A DNA stretch of 64,000 nucleotides from Promethearchaeota archaeon (GTDB lineage: Archaea > Asgardarchaeota > Lokiarchaeia > Sigyniarchaeales > SOKP01), in assembly GCA_019058445.1 (NCBI GenBank), contig JAHPZA010000006.1, positions 1,068,843 through 1,132,842 of the forward strand, in the 5' to 3' direction. The position numbers and the translations under genes are program-made. The notes beneath the pieces were generated by a model. It did no database searches and had not been told where the DNA came from. It saw only the letters and a program-made list of their open reading frames with translations. Below, piece by piece: positions 1 to 9,869 of this stretch. Every line of letters begins with the position of its first letter. The first letter of the stretch is position 1.

Positions 1-117
1 TGCTTGATATTACTGATGATTAAATAACTAACTAAACCTATCTAATTTTTTCTAATTACACAAGAAAAAGAATTGAGTTAATTATCAATAATCTAAAAAA
101 TATAAATAATTTTAAAC

Positions 118-597
118 TTACTTTGCTTCTGAGAGAATTGTAACTTTCCCTCCAGCCTCTTCAATTTTTTGTACGGCTCGTTCAGAAGCCTTGTTTACAG
201 TTAAGTTTATTTTTTTATTGATTTCTCCACGACCGAGAAGCTTTTGAATGTTAACACTTTCCAAATTAAGAGTATAAGTATCTCCAGATTTGGTTGCTTT
301 TTTCTCTTCCACAAATTTTTCGATTTTATAATCTAAATCTTTCACATTAACGGTATTAATTGTAGAGAGTCGAACCATATCTTGAGGTCTTTTAAATCCT
401 TTTTTCCCCATATCCCAATCAGGATCGGGAAAGCCAAGTTCTTTTTGTTTTAAATAGAAGGATTTTTTACTTTTTTTCCATTGAGTTGTTTTTCCCTTTC
501 CAGCTCGTTGTCCGGTCTTTCTATGTTGTCCCACTCTCCCATACCCAATGGTACGGGTTCCTCTCTTTTTTCTAATTTTTTTAGGATACTTTCTCAT
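118..597 (-). CDS. rpl15: 50S ribosomal protein uL15
   Basis: RGTRTIGYGRVGQHRKTGQRAGKG and KLLGRG...KIEEAGG motifs; last gene of the block. Confidence 0.95.
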   Translation of the reverse strand: MRKYPKKIRKKRGTRTIGYGRVGQHRKTGQRAGKGKTTQWKKSKKSFYLKQKELGFPDPDWDMGKKGFKRPQDMVRLSTINTVNVKDLDYKIEKFVEEKKATKSGDTYTLNLESVNIQKLLGRGEINKKINLTVNKASERAVQKIEEAGGKVTILSEAK

Positions 598-615
598 ATC
601 TAAGGTATCTCCTCA

Positions 616-1152
616 CTATAGCATTTTATGAATTATATCATTGATATAAGGTCCAACATTTCCTAAAGTTCCTCCCTCACCATAATGCTTTTTGATATTA
701 CCTCTATGACCTTTTCGAGGGGGATGTAATCGAAATACTGGTTTAAGCTTATACACATCATTTTCTCGATATTGTATTTTACCATCTAATAGAGCTTTCG
801 CAAATTCACTGATATTTTTATATTCGGTTAAATTTTTAAGATGCTCATCTGTGAGTGGTTTATTTCCCTCAATTCTTCCTCTTACTCTTAGTAAACGTAC
901 TAAGGTTTTTTCTTCAATCTCTCCGAACGCAATATAGTCTTTACATTTATTTAGCATGCCTCGATAACTTTTTTCTGCCCAGATTAGCACTCCATGATTT
1001 ACTTTATGCATTCTTAGCATCTTTAAAGTATCTAATATCTTTCTTTTCATACCCGGAGCTCCCCTAATCCGAACTGCAAAATAAAGTTTGGGGGTATACG
1101 TATCGTGTTTTATTTTTGCTTTTTTATTTGTTGCCATAACCATATCCACCAC
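616..1152 (-). CDS. rpl30: 50S ribosomal protein uL30 (long archaeal type)
   Basis: AVRIRG, FRLHPPRKG motifs; true start may be a downstream ATG. Confidence 0.95.
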   Translation of the reverse strand: MVDMVMATNKKAKIKHDTYTPKLYFAVRIRGAPGMKRKILDTLKMLRMHKVNHGVLIWAEKSYRGMLNKCKDYIAFGEIEEKTLVRLLRVRGRIEGNKPLTDEHLKNLTEYKNISEFAKALLDGKIQYRENDVYKLKPVFRLHPPRKGHRGNIKKHYGEGGTLGNVGPYINDIIHKML

Positions 1153-1159
1153 TCAATAA

Positions 1160-1774
1160 TTATACATTAAAATTGTATTTATGAGCATTTTTAAGAGCGT
1201 CAAATGTTGCTTTTACGAGATTCTCACTTGTTCGAGTATCTCCATAAGTTTTACTCCAAATATCTTCTATGCCGCAAAGTCTTAAGACTTGTTTAACTTT
1301 ATCGGCACATGCCAATCCAACTCCAGCAGGAGATGGAATTAAATTAATCTTAACACTTCCACACTTACCACTAATTTTGAATGGGATACTGTGAGTTCCA
1401 CCGCATCCACATTCTTTGCTTCCACAACCCCTTTGAACGGGAACTACGGAGAGTTTTGCTTTATCTATTGCTTTTCTAATTGCAGGTCCAACTTCTCTAC
1501 TCTTTGCTGCACCTACACCTAAAAATCCATCAGCACCTACGATAACCACCGCTTTAAATCTACTACGCTGTCCACTGGCTGTCATTTGTTGTACCATCTT
1601 TATGGTAATTACGTCTTCGCGGAGTTGTGGGAGAAGTATATCTATAATTTCTTTTTCTTTTACAACTAAATTATTTTGAAAAATCCGAGGTAAGTCGATT
1701 AATCCCTCTTTGACTAATTCTCCGAGTTTAGTTTTCGGAATCCATTCTTCTTCTATTCTTCTTGTTCGACTCAT
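1160..1774 (-). CDS. rps5: 30S ribosomal protein uS5
   Basis: WIPKTKLG, RFKAVVIVG, GKCGSV motifs. Confidence 0.97.
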   Translation of the reverse strand: MSRTRRIEEEWIPKTKLGELVKEGLIDLPRIFQNNLVVKEKEIIDILLPQLREDVITIKMVQQMTASGQRSRFKAVVIVGADGFLGVGAAKSREVGPAIRKAIDKAKLSVVPVQRGCGSKECGCGGTHSIPFKISGKCGSVKINLIPSPAGVGLACADKVKQVLRLCGIEDIWSKTYGDTRTSENLVKATFDALKNAHKYNFNV

Positions 1775-1793
1775 TTAAATTTCTCTCTTAAAA

Positions 1794-2387
1794 TTAAGCA
1801 GTATTTTCTATTTTTTGTAAAGTATTTGATATAATTTTACTAATTTTATTAGGGTCTATTTTATTTTTCTTTAAATATCCAGAAAAGATTTGGTCATATT
1901 TTTCTGGCTCACTCTGTTTTAGAATTTTCGCATAATTCTCAATATGAGTTCCCTTGATTCTTTCTTCTAAATTCTTAGGAAAGAAGTCCTCTTTATGGGG
2001 TACTTCAATTCCCGCATCTAATAGTCCTTTAAAGGCAGCAAGGACACGATTTCTGTGGTAAAATATGCCTAAATCAAGAATCGCATCATTAATATTATTC
2101 TTTTTAGCTCTTATTCCCGCCAAATAGCCTGTAAGATAGGAGGCGGGTATATTTCCTGTATTTGCTTTATAGTCATATTTTTTTAATAATTCTCCAGAAA
2201 ATGCTGATACTAAAATTTTATCCCCTGCTTTTTTAGATTCAACAATTTGAACGACTATATGATTATTCGAGGCCCGAATGACAACTCTTAATTTTCTTGA
2301 CTTTAATAGCTTCATTCTTCTATGATAATTAGTTTTTCCTTCATACCTCCTCCTTTTGGCTACTCTATACCTGGGTCCATGCGCCAT
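1794..2387 (-). CDS. rpl18: 50S ribosomal protein uL18
   Basis: MAHGPRYRV...RRRYEGKTNY. Confidence 0.96.
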   Translation of the reverse strand: MAHGPRYRVAKRRRYEGKTNYHRRMKLLKSRKLRVVIRASNNHIVVQIVESKKAGDKILVSAFSGELLKKYDYKANTGNIPASYLTGYLAGIRAKKNNINDAILDLGIFYHRNRVLAAFKGLLDAGIEVPHKEDFFPKNLEERIKGTHIENYAKILKQSEPEKYDQIFSGYLKKNKIDPNKISKIISNTLQKIENTA

Positions 2388-2389
2388 AT

Positions 2390-2845
2390 TTACCTACCTC
2401 GTCTTTGTAATTCTTTATCTTTAATATAGCGATTTAACTGCCTCACACTATTAAACATCCCACCTTTGGCATTTTTATAAAGTTTGCGGTAATTAGCGGG
2501 AGATATTAATTTTCGATCTCGCAATTTTCTTAATTCTCTTCTAATGGGACGAATTCGCTTTATGTATGCTCTTTTCTTTGGCATACGAGCTGTTTTAGGG
2601 CCTTTTCTTTTTCCTAAGCCTCTTGCTAATCCTTTTTTCTTTCTTTCATGTCGAATAGTTTTTCTATGCTTAGAAATTCCTTTTTTGTATTTCTTCTGAA
2701 TAATACCTTCTTTAATTAAATTTCGGATATCTTCTCTCGTTATTGCCATTTTAATTTCATCCATGAGATATGGGTCAAAATACACCCTATTTTCTCCACA
2801 TTTTAAAATATCCGCTGCTATTCTTTTTTGCGCAGTTAAATTCAT
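2390..2845 (-). CDS. rpl19e: 50S ribosomal protein eL19
   Basis: QKRIAADILKCGENRV, AITREDIR. Confidence 0.97.
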   Translation of the reverse strand: MNLTAQKRIAADILKCGENRVYFDPYLMDEIKMAITREDIRNLIKEGIIQKKYKKGISKHRKTIRHERKKKGLARGLGKRKGPKTARMPKKRAYIKRIRPIRRELRKLRDRKLISPANYRKLYKNAKGGMFNSVRQLNRYIKDKELQRRGR

Positions 2846-2866
2846 TTTTCATCACATTGATTTTTA

Positions 2867-3379
2867 TTAATCTTCATCTTCTATTTCTTCTTCATCAAAA
2901 GAGTCTTCAAGATCCTCCTCATCTAAATAATCTTCGTCATCTTCTATACCCTCTAATGACGATTCTAACAGAGCTTCATATTCTTCCATCTCTCTTTGAG
3001 TTACCCCAATGTTAAGAATTTTAAAATTTCTTTTCTGAGCTTGATCAATTATTTCTATTCGTTTCTTAGCTCCTAATCTTCTCGCTATTTTGAGGGCATG
3101 TTTTTTAGGATTTAACTTTTCTAAATCACTTAACATTTCAACTCTGGTTTCTTGGTAACCAGAAGGATGTAAACCTCGTATTTTTTTAGGAGTTCTATAT
3201 CCAATTGAAGGGGATTTTACTCCTGACTTAGTTTTCTTTCTCGTTTGACTATCAATACCTCTAGCTTTTCTCCATGAATCTTTAACTCTTACATATCTCC
3301 AAGATTCAACTCTTCTAAATGAAGGTTTTTTCTTTTTCATGTTTTTTCGAATTTCCAATAATCTTTCTTTTTCTGTCAT
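2867..3379 (-). CDS. rpl32e: 50S ribosomal protein eL32 with acidic C-terminal tail
   Basis: WRKARGIDS, RGLHPSG motifs. Confidence 0.96.
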   Translation of the reverse strand: MTEKERLLEIRKNMKKKKPSFRRVESWRYVRVKDSWRKARGIDSQTRKKTKSGVKSPSIGYRTPKKIRGLHPSGYQETRVEMLSDLEKLNPKKHALKIARRLGAKKRIEIIDQAQKRNFKILNIGVTQREMEEYEALLESSLEGIEDDEDYLDEEDLEDSFDEEEIEDED

Positions 3380-3404
3380 GTTTTTTACCCCTTATTTTTA
3401 ATCA

Positions 3405-3986
3405 TTATTGTATTTCCCAAATAATTTCATTCCCAATTTGTTTTTTGTATAGATATACTCCATCTTGAAAAACACGAGGATCTTTTTTTCGAATACGGCA
3501 AGCTCTTTTAACATTTGCCGCTGTTAAACCTAAAGCTTCTTTATCTGGTCCGATAAAGTATACATCATCACCCTTTACTTCAATTTTTACATTATCAGGA
3601 AATTTTGCTTTTCTTGGTGCCCTTTCACCTAAAAAGTTGACGACATGAATTTCTTTTATCTTTTCCTTAACCTCTACGGTACAGGGAAAATGCGAATAAC
3701 AAATTTTTGAAACATATTTATAATTATCCTTTACTCCTATGACTAGATTATTTATAATATTAATAATTGTCTTAGCTAAAGCGAGAGTTGTATTTCTAGG
3801 GAAGTGTGCGGTAAATTGTAATTTATTACCTTGAAGTTCAATTTTTATCCCTCTCGCATGACCAAAATCTTTTGTAATCGGCCCTCCTTTAGGTCCTTTC
3901 ACAGTAATAAGGTTATTACCTTCAATTTTCACATCCACATCTTTCGGGATTTCCAGTGATTCATCAAAAAACGCTACTTTAACCAT
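3405..3986 (-). CDS. rpl6: 50S ribosomal protein uL6
   Basis: VKGPKG, YSHFP, NFLGE, DPRVFQDGVY. Confidence 0.97.
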   Translation of the reverse strand: MVKVAFFDESLEIPKDVDVKIEGNNLITVKGPKGGPITKDFGHARGIKIELQGNKLQFTAHFPRNTTLALAKTIINIINNLVIGVKDNYKYVSKICYSHFPCTVEVKEKIKEIHVVNFLGERAPRKAKFPDNVKIEVKGDDVYFIGPDKEALGLTAANVKRACRIRKKDPRVFQDGVYLYKKQIGNEIIWEIQ

Positions 3987-4008
3987 TCTGATTTACCTCA
4001 TGATTCTA

Positions 4009-4392
4009 TTAATAAATATAACATAAAGTATGACCGCCAATACGCTTTTCTTCTGCCTCTTTCATTGTCATGATGCCTTGATTCGTGGTTAAAATAATTA
4101 CCCCTAGCCCAGGAGCGGGTAATAACCTTCTTTCTAAAGCTTCATATTGGTTTACCTTATAATTTAGACGCATTAAAGCCTTACATTCATTTATTTTTCC
4201 TAACAAGGCTATTTTGAATTTTCCTTGCCTCCCATCATCATATCTCTCAAATTCGCCAATATAAGCATGTTTCTGAAAGATTCGAAGAATACGTTGTATT
4301 AAATTTGATGCAGGACTAATAATTACCTCTTTTTTCTTCGCAAATTCTGCATTTTTTAGCATATTCGCCATATCGGCCAAAGTATTAACCAT
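4009..4392 (-). CDS. rps8: 30S ribosomal protein uS8
   Basis: YIGEFE..DDGRQGK, ILTTNQG. Confidence 0.97.
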   Translation of the reverse strand: MVNTLADMANMLKNAEFAKKKEVIISPASNLIQRILRIFQKHAYIGEFERYDDGRQGKFKIALLGKINECKALMRLNYKVNQYEALERRLLPAPGLGVIILTTNQGIMTMKEAEEKRIGGHTLCYIY

Positions 4393-4424
4393 ATTTTTTC
4401 ACATTTTTAATCTATAATTTAATT

Positions 4425-4574
4425 CTATTCATAACGACGAAATCCAATGTCTTTGCCAATCTCATAGAAACAGCGTCTACAAAGATACAGACCGTACCTT
4501 CTGATTAATCCTCTATGAGTATGGCATCTTCTACATTCACGGATTCCTTTACCATGTTTTTTTGATTGCGGTAT
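4425..4574 (-). CDS. rps14: 30S ribosomal protein uS14 (zinc-binding, 49 aa; not in ORF track; probable ATA start)
   Basis: Manual translation (I/M)PQSKKHGKGIRECRRCHTHRGLIRRYGLYLCRRCFYEIGKDIGFRRYE*; expected position between uL5 and uS8. Confidence 0.93.
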   Translation of the reverse strand: MPQSKKHGKGIRECRRCHTHRGLIRRYGLYLCRRCFYEIGKDIGFRRYE

Positions 4575-4595
4575 AATTATTCACTCCCTATTGTA

Positions 4596-5186
4596 TTAAA
4601 AGAATTCTAATTCCAATTCTTTTACTATTTTAATATTATATATTTTTTCTAAATAATATTGAGCTTCCTCTCTACTTACATAATGATGTTTTGGAATTTT
4701 AGAGCGTTGCTTTCTCCTATATCTCACCCTCATTCCGGGTCGTACAAGTCTCCCCATAATATCGAGCCCCCAGAGACCTGTCTGGGCGTCATACTCAACA
4801 CCAGGTATGGAAATGTGTTCTGTAATTCCAAAACCGAAATTACCATAATTATCAAAACTTTTTCTTAAAATTTTATTATTATTAACAATTATTAACCTTT
4901 TTAGCAATTTTTCTGCGTCCTTTCCTCTTACTGTTACTTTACAGCCAATAGGTCTTCCCTTCCTTAAATTAAATTCTTTAACATTCTTTTTTGATATGGT
5001 TTTTACAGGCATTTTTCCCGAGATCGTTTCGAGAACCGCAACTGCTCTTTCTAATTCTTCTCCACCAGCTCCTACGCCTATATTGAGTACCATTTTCTCT
5101 AAAAATGGTTTCCTCATAGGATTTTCCCAGATTTTATCGAATGCGTTTGCTTGAGCCTTTTTAGCTTTTTTAGTTTTGGCTGACAT
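4596..5186 (-). CDS. rpl5: 50S ribosomal protein uL5
   Basis: NPMR, LNIGVG, PIGCKVTVRG, FDNYGNFGFGI; ATG at 5186 preferred over 5198. Confidence 0.96.
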   Translation of the reverse strand: MSAKTKKAKKAQANAFDKIWENPMRKPFLEKMVLNIGVGAGGEELERAVAVLETISGKMPVKTISKKNVKEFNLRKGRPIGCKVTVRGKDAEKLLKRLIIVNNNKILRKSFDNYGNFGFGITEHISIPGVEYDAQTGLWGLDIMGRLVRPGMRVRYRRKQRSKIPKHHYVSREEAQYYLEKIYNIKIVKELELEFF

Positions 5187-5216
5187 TGTATATCTCACGT
5201 TATTTTTTTTTATTTT

Positions 5217-5972
5217 TTAAGCCCCCACTTTTGGTAAGCTAATTTCAGATTGATCTTCACCTAGGACAAAAGTATAATCATACAAGGTTTCGGTATGTTC
5301 TCCATCATGTTCAATGGATACAGTATTAGCATTAGGACCAAACAGTTTTTTTATACTTTTGATGGTGCCTACTTGTCCGATATTTTTACCAGACATAATA
5401 ATCGCTAAATTATTTTCTTTAAATTTTAAGGTTTTAAGGATTTCTTGTTCTGGAACGGAGATTTTTAAGACATCCATTCTTTTATAAATATCTTCTTTAG
5501 GATTCTTTGGATCAGCTATGCGAATTAAGATATTTCTTCCATCATGTAAATTTAATTGCAAATGCCCCCCCTTTACAGTAGTTTTTTGTCTTATTCTACA
5601 TAACTTGAAAGTGCTCTCTGATTCAGGTATTTCGTGGAGAATTAACCCGTAATGAGAGTCTGGGAGTAATCGATAATTTCTATTAATCTTTTCAATACTT
5701 AACACATCCATTAATCCAACTGGATACGCTTTATCTCTTACAATCTTTCCGTCAACTTTGAAATAACCTAAGCCTATTAATTTTTTTGCTTCTCTATGAT
5801 TGTCAGCAAAATTAAGAAGATCTCGAACAATATGTAATAAAGGTAAACAGTCTCTTGATGGATGAGGTCCTGATGAAGTTTTCACGAAGAATTTCCCATG
5901 CTTTCTTTTAATTTGTAAGAATTTAGGGGTATTTAATCGTTTTAAAGTCTTTTTTCCTCCATGGCTTGTCAT
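5217..5972 (-). CDS. rps4e: 30S ribosomal protein eS4
   Basis: GPH, YPVGLMDV, QLNLHDGRN. Confidence 0.97.
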   Translation of the reverse strand: MTSHGGKKTLKRLNTPKFLQIKRKHGKFFVKTSSGPHPSRDCLPLLHIVRDLLNFADNHREAKKLIGLGYFKVDGKIVRDKAYPVGLMDVLSIEKINRNYRLLPDSHYGLILHEIPESESTFKLCRIRQKTTVKGGHLQLNLHDGRNILIRIADPKNPKEDIYKRMDVLKISVPEQEILKTLKFKENNLAIIMSGKNIGQVGTIKSIKKLFGPNANTVSIEHDGEHTETLYDYTFVLGEDQSEISLPKVGA

Positions 5973-6425
5973 TTATTCTTCCTCCTCCTCCTCTAATTTT
6001 TGTTTTGTTTTTTTCGGAGCCAGCAGATAATCCTCATCCCAATATCCCGCTTTTCGTTCTATCATACTAGCTCTCCAACCATCCATTTTCTTCGCTTCAG
6101 CTTTAAACTTAGTTATAATAAGATTTGAGATATGAATAGTGGGGTGAAATTGTGTTCCATCGGTTTTTTCAAATACCGCTTCCTTTACTTTAACCCGTAA
6201 ATCTTTATTAATTTCTAATACTTCCCCTTCGAAATCTTTGTATTCTCCTTTACAAATTTTCACCGAATCGCCTGCTCTAAGAGGGATCCTTTTGATTCCA
6301 TACTCATCTGAAAGGAAATCAGCTAGTCTACAGGTCAATAATTTTGATCTGTGATGATTTTTGTAATTAAAAAGTGCTTTTCTCTGCTTGTTTGGTTTTC
6401 TTGATTTAATTTTCATATTGGTCAC
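5973..6425 (-). CDS. rpl24: 50S ribosomal protein uL24
   Basis: SRKPNKQRK, KOW motif GDSVKICKGEYKD. Confidence 0.95.
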   Translation of the reverse strand: MTNMKIKSRKPNKQRKALFNYKNHHRSKLLTCRLADFLSDEYGIKRIPLRAGDSVKICKGEYKDFEGEVLEINKDLRVKVKEAVFEKTDGTQFHPTIHISNLIITKFKAEAKKMDGWRASMIERKAGYWDEDYLLAPKKTKQKLEEEEEE

Positions 6426-6440
6426 TTTTTTAACATTTTA

Positions 6441-6866
6441 TTAAATTATAAGAGATGAGATGGAAGCTAATCTGGGAAATTGTTCTGCTGCTTCTCTTGC
6501 TATCGGTCCTCTAATTTCAGTACCTCTAGGATCCCCTTCCTTGGATACTAATACGCCCGCGTTATCTTCGAAGCATAAACGCGTTCCATCTTTTCTTCTA
6601 AATATCATTTTCTGTCGTACAATTACACATTTTAATATATTTCCTCTAAGTTCTGGTCTCCCTTTTTTAATGGTAACTGTACATACGTCACCTACGGAAG
6701 CTTTAGGTAACCTTCTTAACCGGGTCTTACTATGATCAACATTTATAATTTGCGCAATTTTTGCTCCAGAATTATCTGTGATAAGCACTTTTGAACCGTT
6801 ACATAATCCCGCGCTGGTTCGCGGCTTGGCCATTTTTTTTCTGCCTGATTTTCTTCGTGTTCCCAC
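6441..6866 (-). CDS. rpl14: 50S ribosomal protein uL14
   Basis: DNSGAK, FEDNAGV, GPIAREAA. Confidence 0.97.
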   Translation of the reverse strand: MGTRRKSGRKKMAKPRTSAGLCNGSKVLITDNSGAKIAQIINVDHSKTRLRRLPKASVGDVCTVTIKKGRPELRGNILKCVIVRQKMIFRRKDGTRLCFEDNAGVLVSKEGDPRGTEIRGPIAREAAEQFPRLASISSLII

Positions 6867-7214
6867 TTAACTCTCCCCAGTGACTATTTTTTGTAATACA
6901 ATAAATGCTTTTGTTTTCGAGATTTTTCTGCTCTCACCAACACGTACTAAATCTCCGATTTCTATTTCTGATCTTAAGCATTCGGGTAAATGACATGAAA
7001 GTCGTGAATTTCTTCTTTCATATCTTTGATACTTTTTGACAAATTGTACGTAATCACGTCTAATTATAACTGTATTTCGGGACTTTTTAGAGACTACCAC
7101 CCCTTGGGTAATTTTTCCTCTAATTCTTGTTGTCCCATGAAACGGACAAAAATTATCATTACATTCTTTCATTTTAGGAGCTGTTACTCCAGGCACACCA
7201 ATGTTCCTACTCAT
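6867..7214 (-). CDS. rps17: 30S ribosomal protein uS17
   Basis: CNDNFCPFHG, KYQRYERR, ISKTK; ATG at 7214 overlaps the rnp1 stop. Confidence 0.96.
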   Translation of the reverse strand: MSRNIGVPGVTAPKMKECNDNFCPFHGTTRIRGKITQGVVVSKKSRNTVIIRRDYVQFVKKYQRYERRNSRLSCHLPECLRSEIEIGDLVRVGESRKISKTKAFIVLQKIVTGES

Positions 7215-7525
7215 TTCAACCATCTTCTTTTTCTTAAATTTCTTAGTCTATTTTCGGGACGACCAACAATTTTAGCCCCCTCTACTTCCACCATATATTC
7301 TTCACGCTGATTCTTTTCACTTGGAAGTTTAATCCTAAATATATGGTCTTTTTTGACATATTTTTTAGTAATTTTATTTTTTTCAGTAATTAACATATTT
7401 TTTGTATCGTCAATAATCATTCCTATATCTTTATACACTTCATTCTGCTTCTTCGATATAAGTATCGCATAAGCATTAAAACCAATTAAATCGTGATATA
7501 TTAAATATTTGGGATTTGCCTTCAT
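7211..7525 (-). CDS. rnp1: RNase P protein Rpp29/POP4
   Basis: HDLIG, G.IIDDTKNML, GRPENR; conserved position between uL29 and uS17. Confidence 0.92.
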   Translation of the reverse strand: MKANPKYLIYHDLIGFNAYAILISKKQNEVYKDIGMIIDDTKNMLITEKNKITKKYVKKDHIFRIKLPSEKNQREEYMVEVEGAKIVGRPENRLRNLRKRRWLK

Positions 7526-7758
7526 TCTTCTTCTTCATACCATCCTTCTTCTATTTTTTGTAATTTTTCTTCTCTTCTAACGGTCAAAATTCTAGCTATT
7601 TGCTTTCTTAACATTTTTGCTTTGGCAGGATTATCAGAAACTCCACCACCCGTCTGGGTAGAATATAATATCATCAATTCTTCTCTTAAATCAACTAATG
7701 CTCTTTGCCTTTCTCTCTCATCCATTTGTCGGATTTGCTCAGCAGTAATAATTTTCAT
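7522..7758 (-). CDS. rpl29: 50S ribosomal protein uL29
   Basis: NPAK...RKQIARILTV. Confidence 0.93.
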   Translation of the reverse strand: MKIITAEQIRQMDERERQRALVDLREELMILYSTQTGGGVSDNPAKAKMLRKQIARILTVRREEKLQKIEEGWYEEEE

Positions 7759-7790
7759 TTATTTCACCTTTTAAAAAGTTATTATTCTTC

Positions 7791-8564
7791 TTACTTTTCC
7801 TCTTCTTCTGACTCTATAGAGATTTCTTCCACTTCCTCTTCGTCCACTTCATCGATTATTTCTTGAACTTCTTCATCAATTTCCCCTTCTATTACCTCTT
7901 CTTCAACATCCAATCTACTTCGGTTCTTGCCAAGTTTTATCTCAATTTCTTTTTGTACTTTTTTTAACTCGTCCATTTTAATTTCAACACCGTCTCCTGT
8001 TTTAAAATCAGCACGCATAATTTTGACCACTACTCCTAGTACACCGCTTTTTTGAATACATTGAGCTACCCCTTTATCGACAGCTTCTTGGGCAGGTTGT
8101 CCACTTTTTTTCATTGTTCCTGCCCGAAAAATTTGGGTTCTTGCTCTTTGAGAGGTTACCTTACCTGAAACCTTAATCTCAACTCCTTTTGCCCCCGCAT
8201 CCATTACTTTCCTTAAAATATAATATCCTGCTCTTCGATAATGTCTTCCTCGATCTAAACTGTAGGCTAATCTCTCCGCCATTATTTGAGCATCTAAATC
8301 GGGTTGTTCTACTTCTTCCACTTCGATTTGAGGCATTTCTAAACCAAATCGCTGTTCTAGAACATCGGTAATTTCTTGAATCCTTTTTCCACCCTTTCCA
8401 ATAACGAGTCCTGGACGGCTTGTTTTAAGCGTAATCCTAACTCCTAATGGAGTTTTCTGTAAATCAACTCCCGCAAATCCTGCTCTTACTAGTTCTGAGC
8501 GTAAATACTCATTAATTTGCATTAACTTTATTCCTTGTTCAATAAAATGCTTTGATAATGGCAA
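7791..8564 (-). CDS. rps3: 30S ribosomal protein uS3
   Basis: KH motif RPGLVIGKGG, GAKGVEIKVSGK. Confidence 0.97.
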   Translation of the reverse strand: MPLSKHFIEQGIKLMQINEYLRSELVRAGFAGVDLQKTPLGVRITLKTSRPGLVIGKGGKRIQEITDVLEQRFGLEMPQIEVEEVEQPDLDAQIMAERLAYSLDRGRHYRRAGYYILRKVMDAGAKGVEIKVSGKVTSQRARTQIFRAGTMKKSGQPAQEAVDKGVAQCIQKSGVLGVVVKIMRADFKTGDGVEIKMDELKKVQKEIEIKLGKNRSRLDVEEEVIEGEIDEEVQEIIDEVDEEEVEEISIESEEEEK

Positions 8565-8617
8565 GTTTTTCTCAATTTCTTTAAATTATTTTAATATTTT
8601 ATAATCATTAATTAAAT

Positions 8618-9097
8618 TTATCCAGGGATTTCATATATTACAAGTTCTACATGTGAAAGATGTTTATATTTTGCTGAAGATCGACCATGCGCACGCTCTA
8701 TATAGCGTTTTATAATCCTTCCTCTATGCGCCGCAGCGTGAATAATTCGACATAAATCCACATCTAAACCTTTATATTCGGCGTTAGATTCTACAGCCGT
8801 AAGGACTTCGTAAATTCTTGCGCAAGTTTTTATAGGATATCTCCCAGCGTACCATTTAAATTCTTTTAAGTCTTTCCTGTGAGCTTGTTTCTTTTTATGA
8901 CGCCTAAACGGAACCGATCGCTTTAATTGAATTACATCTTCTAAAAATGTTTTCGCTTGATAGACTCTCATTCCCTTAATAGTTGCACAGATTTCTCTTG
9001 CATGTTTGGGTTTGATTCGTAAATCTCTTCCAGATGCCTTAGCGATTCTATCTGTATCATATTTTTGTTCTTGAAAACTATAATCCCATGTAGGCAT
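8618..9097 (-). CDS. rpl22: 50S ribosomal protein uL22
   Basis: AGRYP, RAHGRS, HVELV. Confidence 0.97.
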   Translation of the reverse strand: MPTWDYSFQEQKYDTDRIAKASGRDLRIKPKHAREICATIKGMRVYQAKTFLEDVIQLKRSVPFRRHKKKQAHRKDLKEFKWYAGRYPIKTCARIYEVLTAVESNAEYKGLDVDLCRIIHAAAHRGRIIKRYIERAHGRSSAKYKHLSHVELVIYEIPG

Positions 9098-9130
9098 AAA
9101 TGTTCATCTCTCTTAATAGTATAATTATTA

Positions 9131-9637
9131 TCATTTTAATGGAACATATTTAGAACTTCTAGTGGCTCCAATTCCGGGCGAACCATGTTGTACATGCTTT
9201 CGAGTTAAGGAAAATTCTCCTAAATAATGACCAATCATTTCAGGTTTTATATCAACAGTTTCGAACTTTAATCCGTTATATACTCCGATTTTTAATCCCA
9301 CCATTTCTGGAAAAATGATCATATCTCTCACATGAGTTCGGGTGAGGAGATCTTTTCCTCTTTTTTTTGCTCGATATGCTCTTCTTAATCGTTCTAGTAG
9401 TTTTTTTTGGCGAGGTGGAAGACCACGTTTGAGGGAACGCCTAGCTCTTGCGGGAAGTAATTGAATAAATTGATCCATGTTCATTTTTTTCAGCTCGTCT
9501 AGCGTAAAGCCTCGATAATGAAATCTAAGACGGTCTAACTCTGCTTCTGTATCTAATTCATCTTCTTCTTCTTCAGAGATTTCTTCTTCTTCCAATTCCT
9601 CTGATTCTTCTCCATCAAATTCTTCATTAGGAGCCAT
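9131..9637 (-). CDS. rps19: 30S ribosomal protein uS19 with acidic N-terminal extension
   Basis: [26 protein letters not shown]. Confidence 0.97.
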   Translation of the reverse strand: MAPNEEFDGEESEELEEEEISEEEEDELDTEAELDRLRFHYRGFTLDELKKMNMDQFIQLLPARARRSLKRGLPPRQKKLLERLRRAYRAKKRGKDLLTRTHVRDMIIFPEMVGLKIGVYNGLKFETVDIKPEMIGHYLGEFSLTRKHVQHGSPGIGATRSSKYVPLK

Positions 9638-9869
9638 TTTTCATCAATCTACTTGTTCCTTTTATTAAAATCCGTATATAATTTATAGTTTAATTATTAC
9701 GTGTAAGGTTTTTAGTATTGCTTAATTTTTTAACTTTATTAAATAGAGTTATAAATTTACAAAGAACGTAAGTAAAAAGCATAAAATTTAAAAAGGAATA
9801 AGTTAAGTTTGAAAGAAACGCAATTTTTATCGTTTATTTTGGCTATCTTCATTTGAAAGAGCTTTTCAC

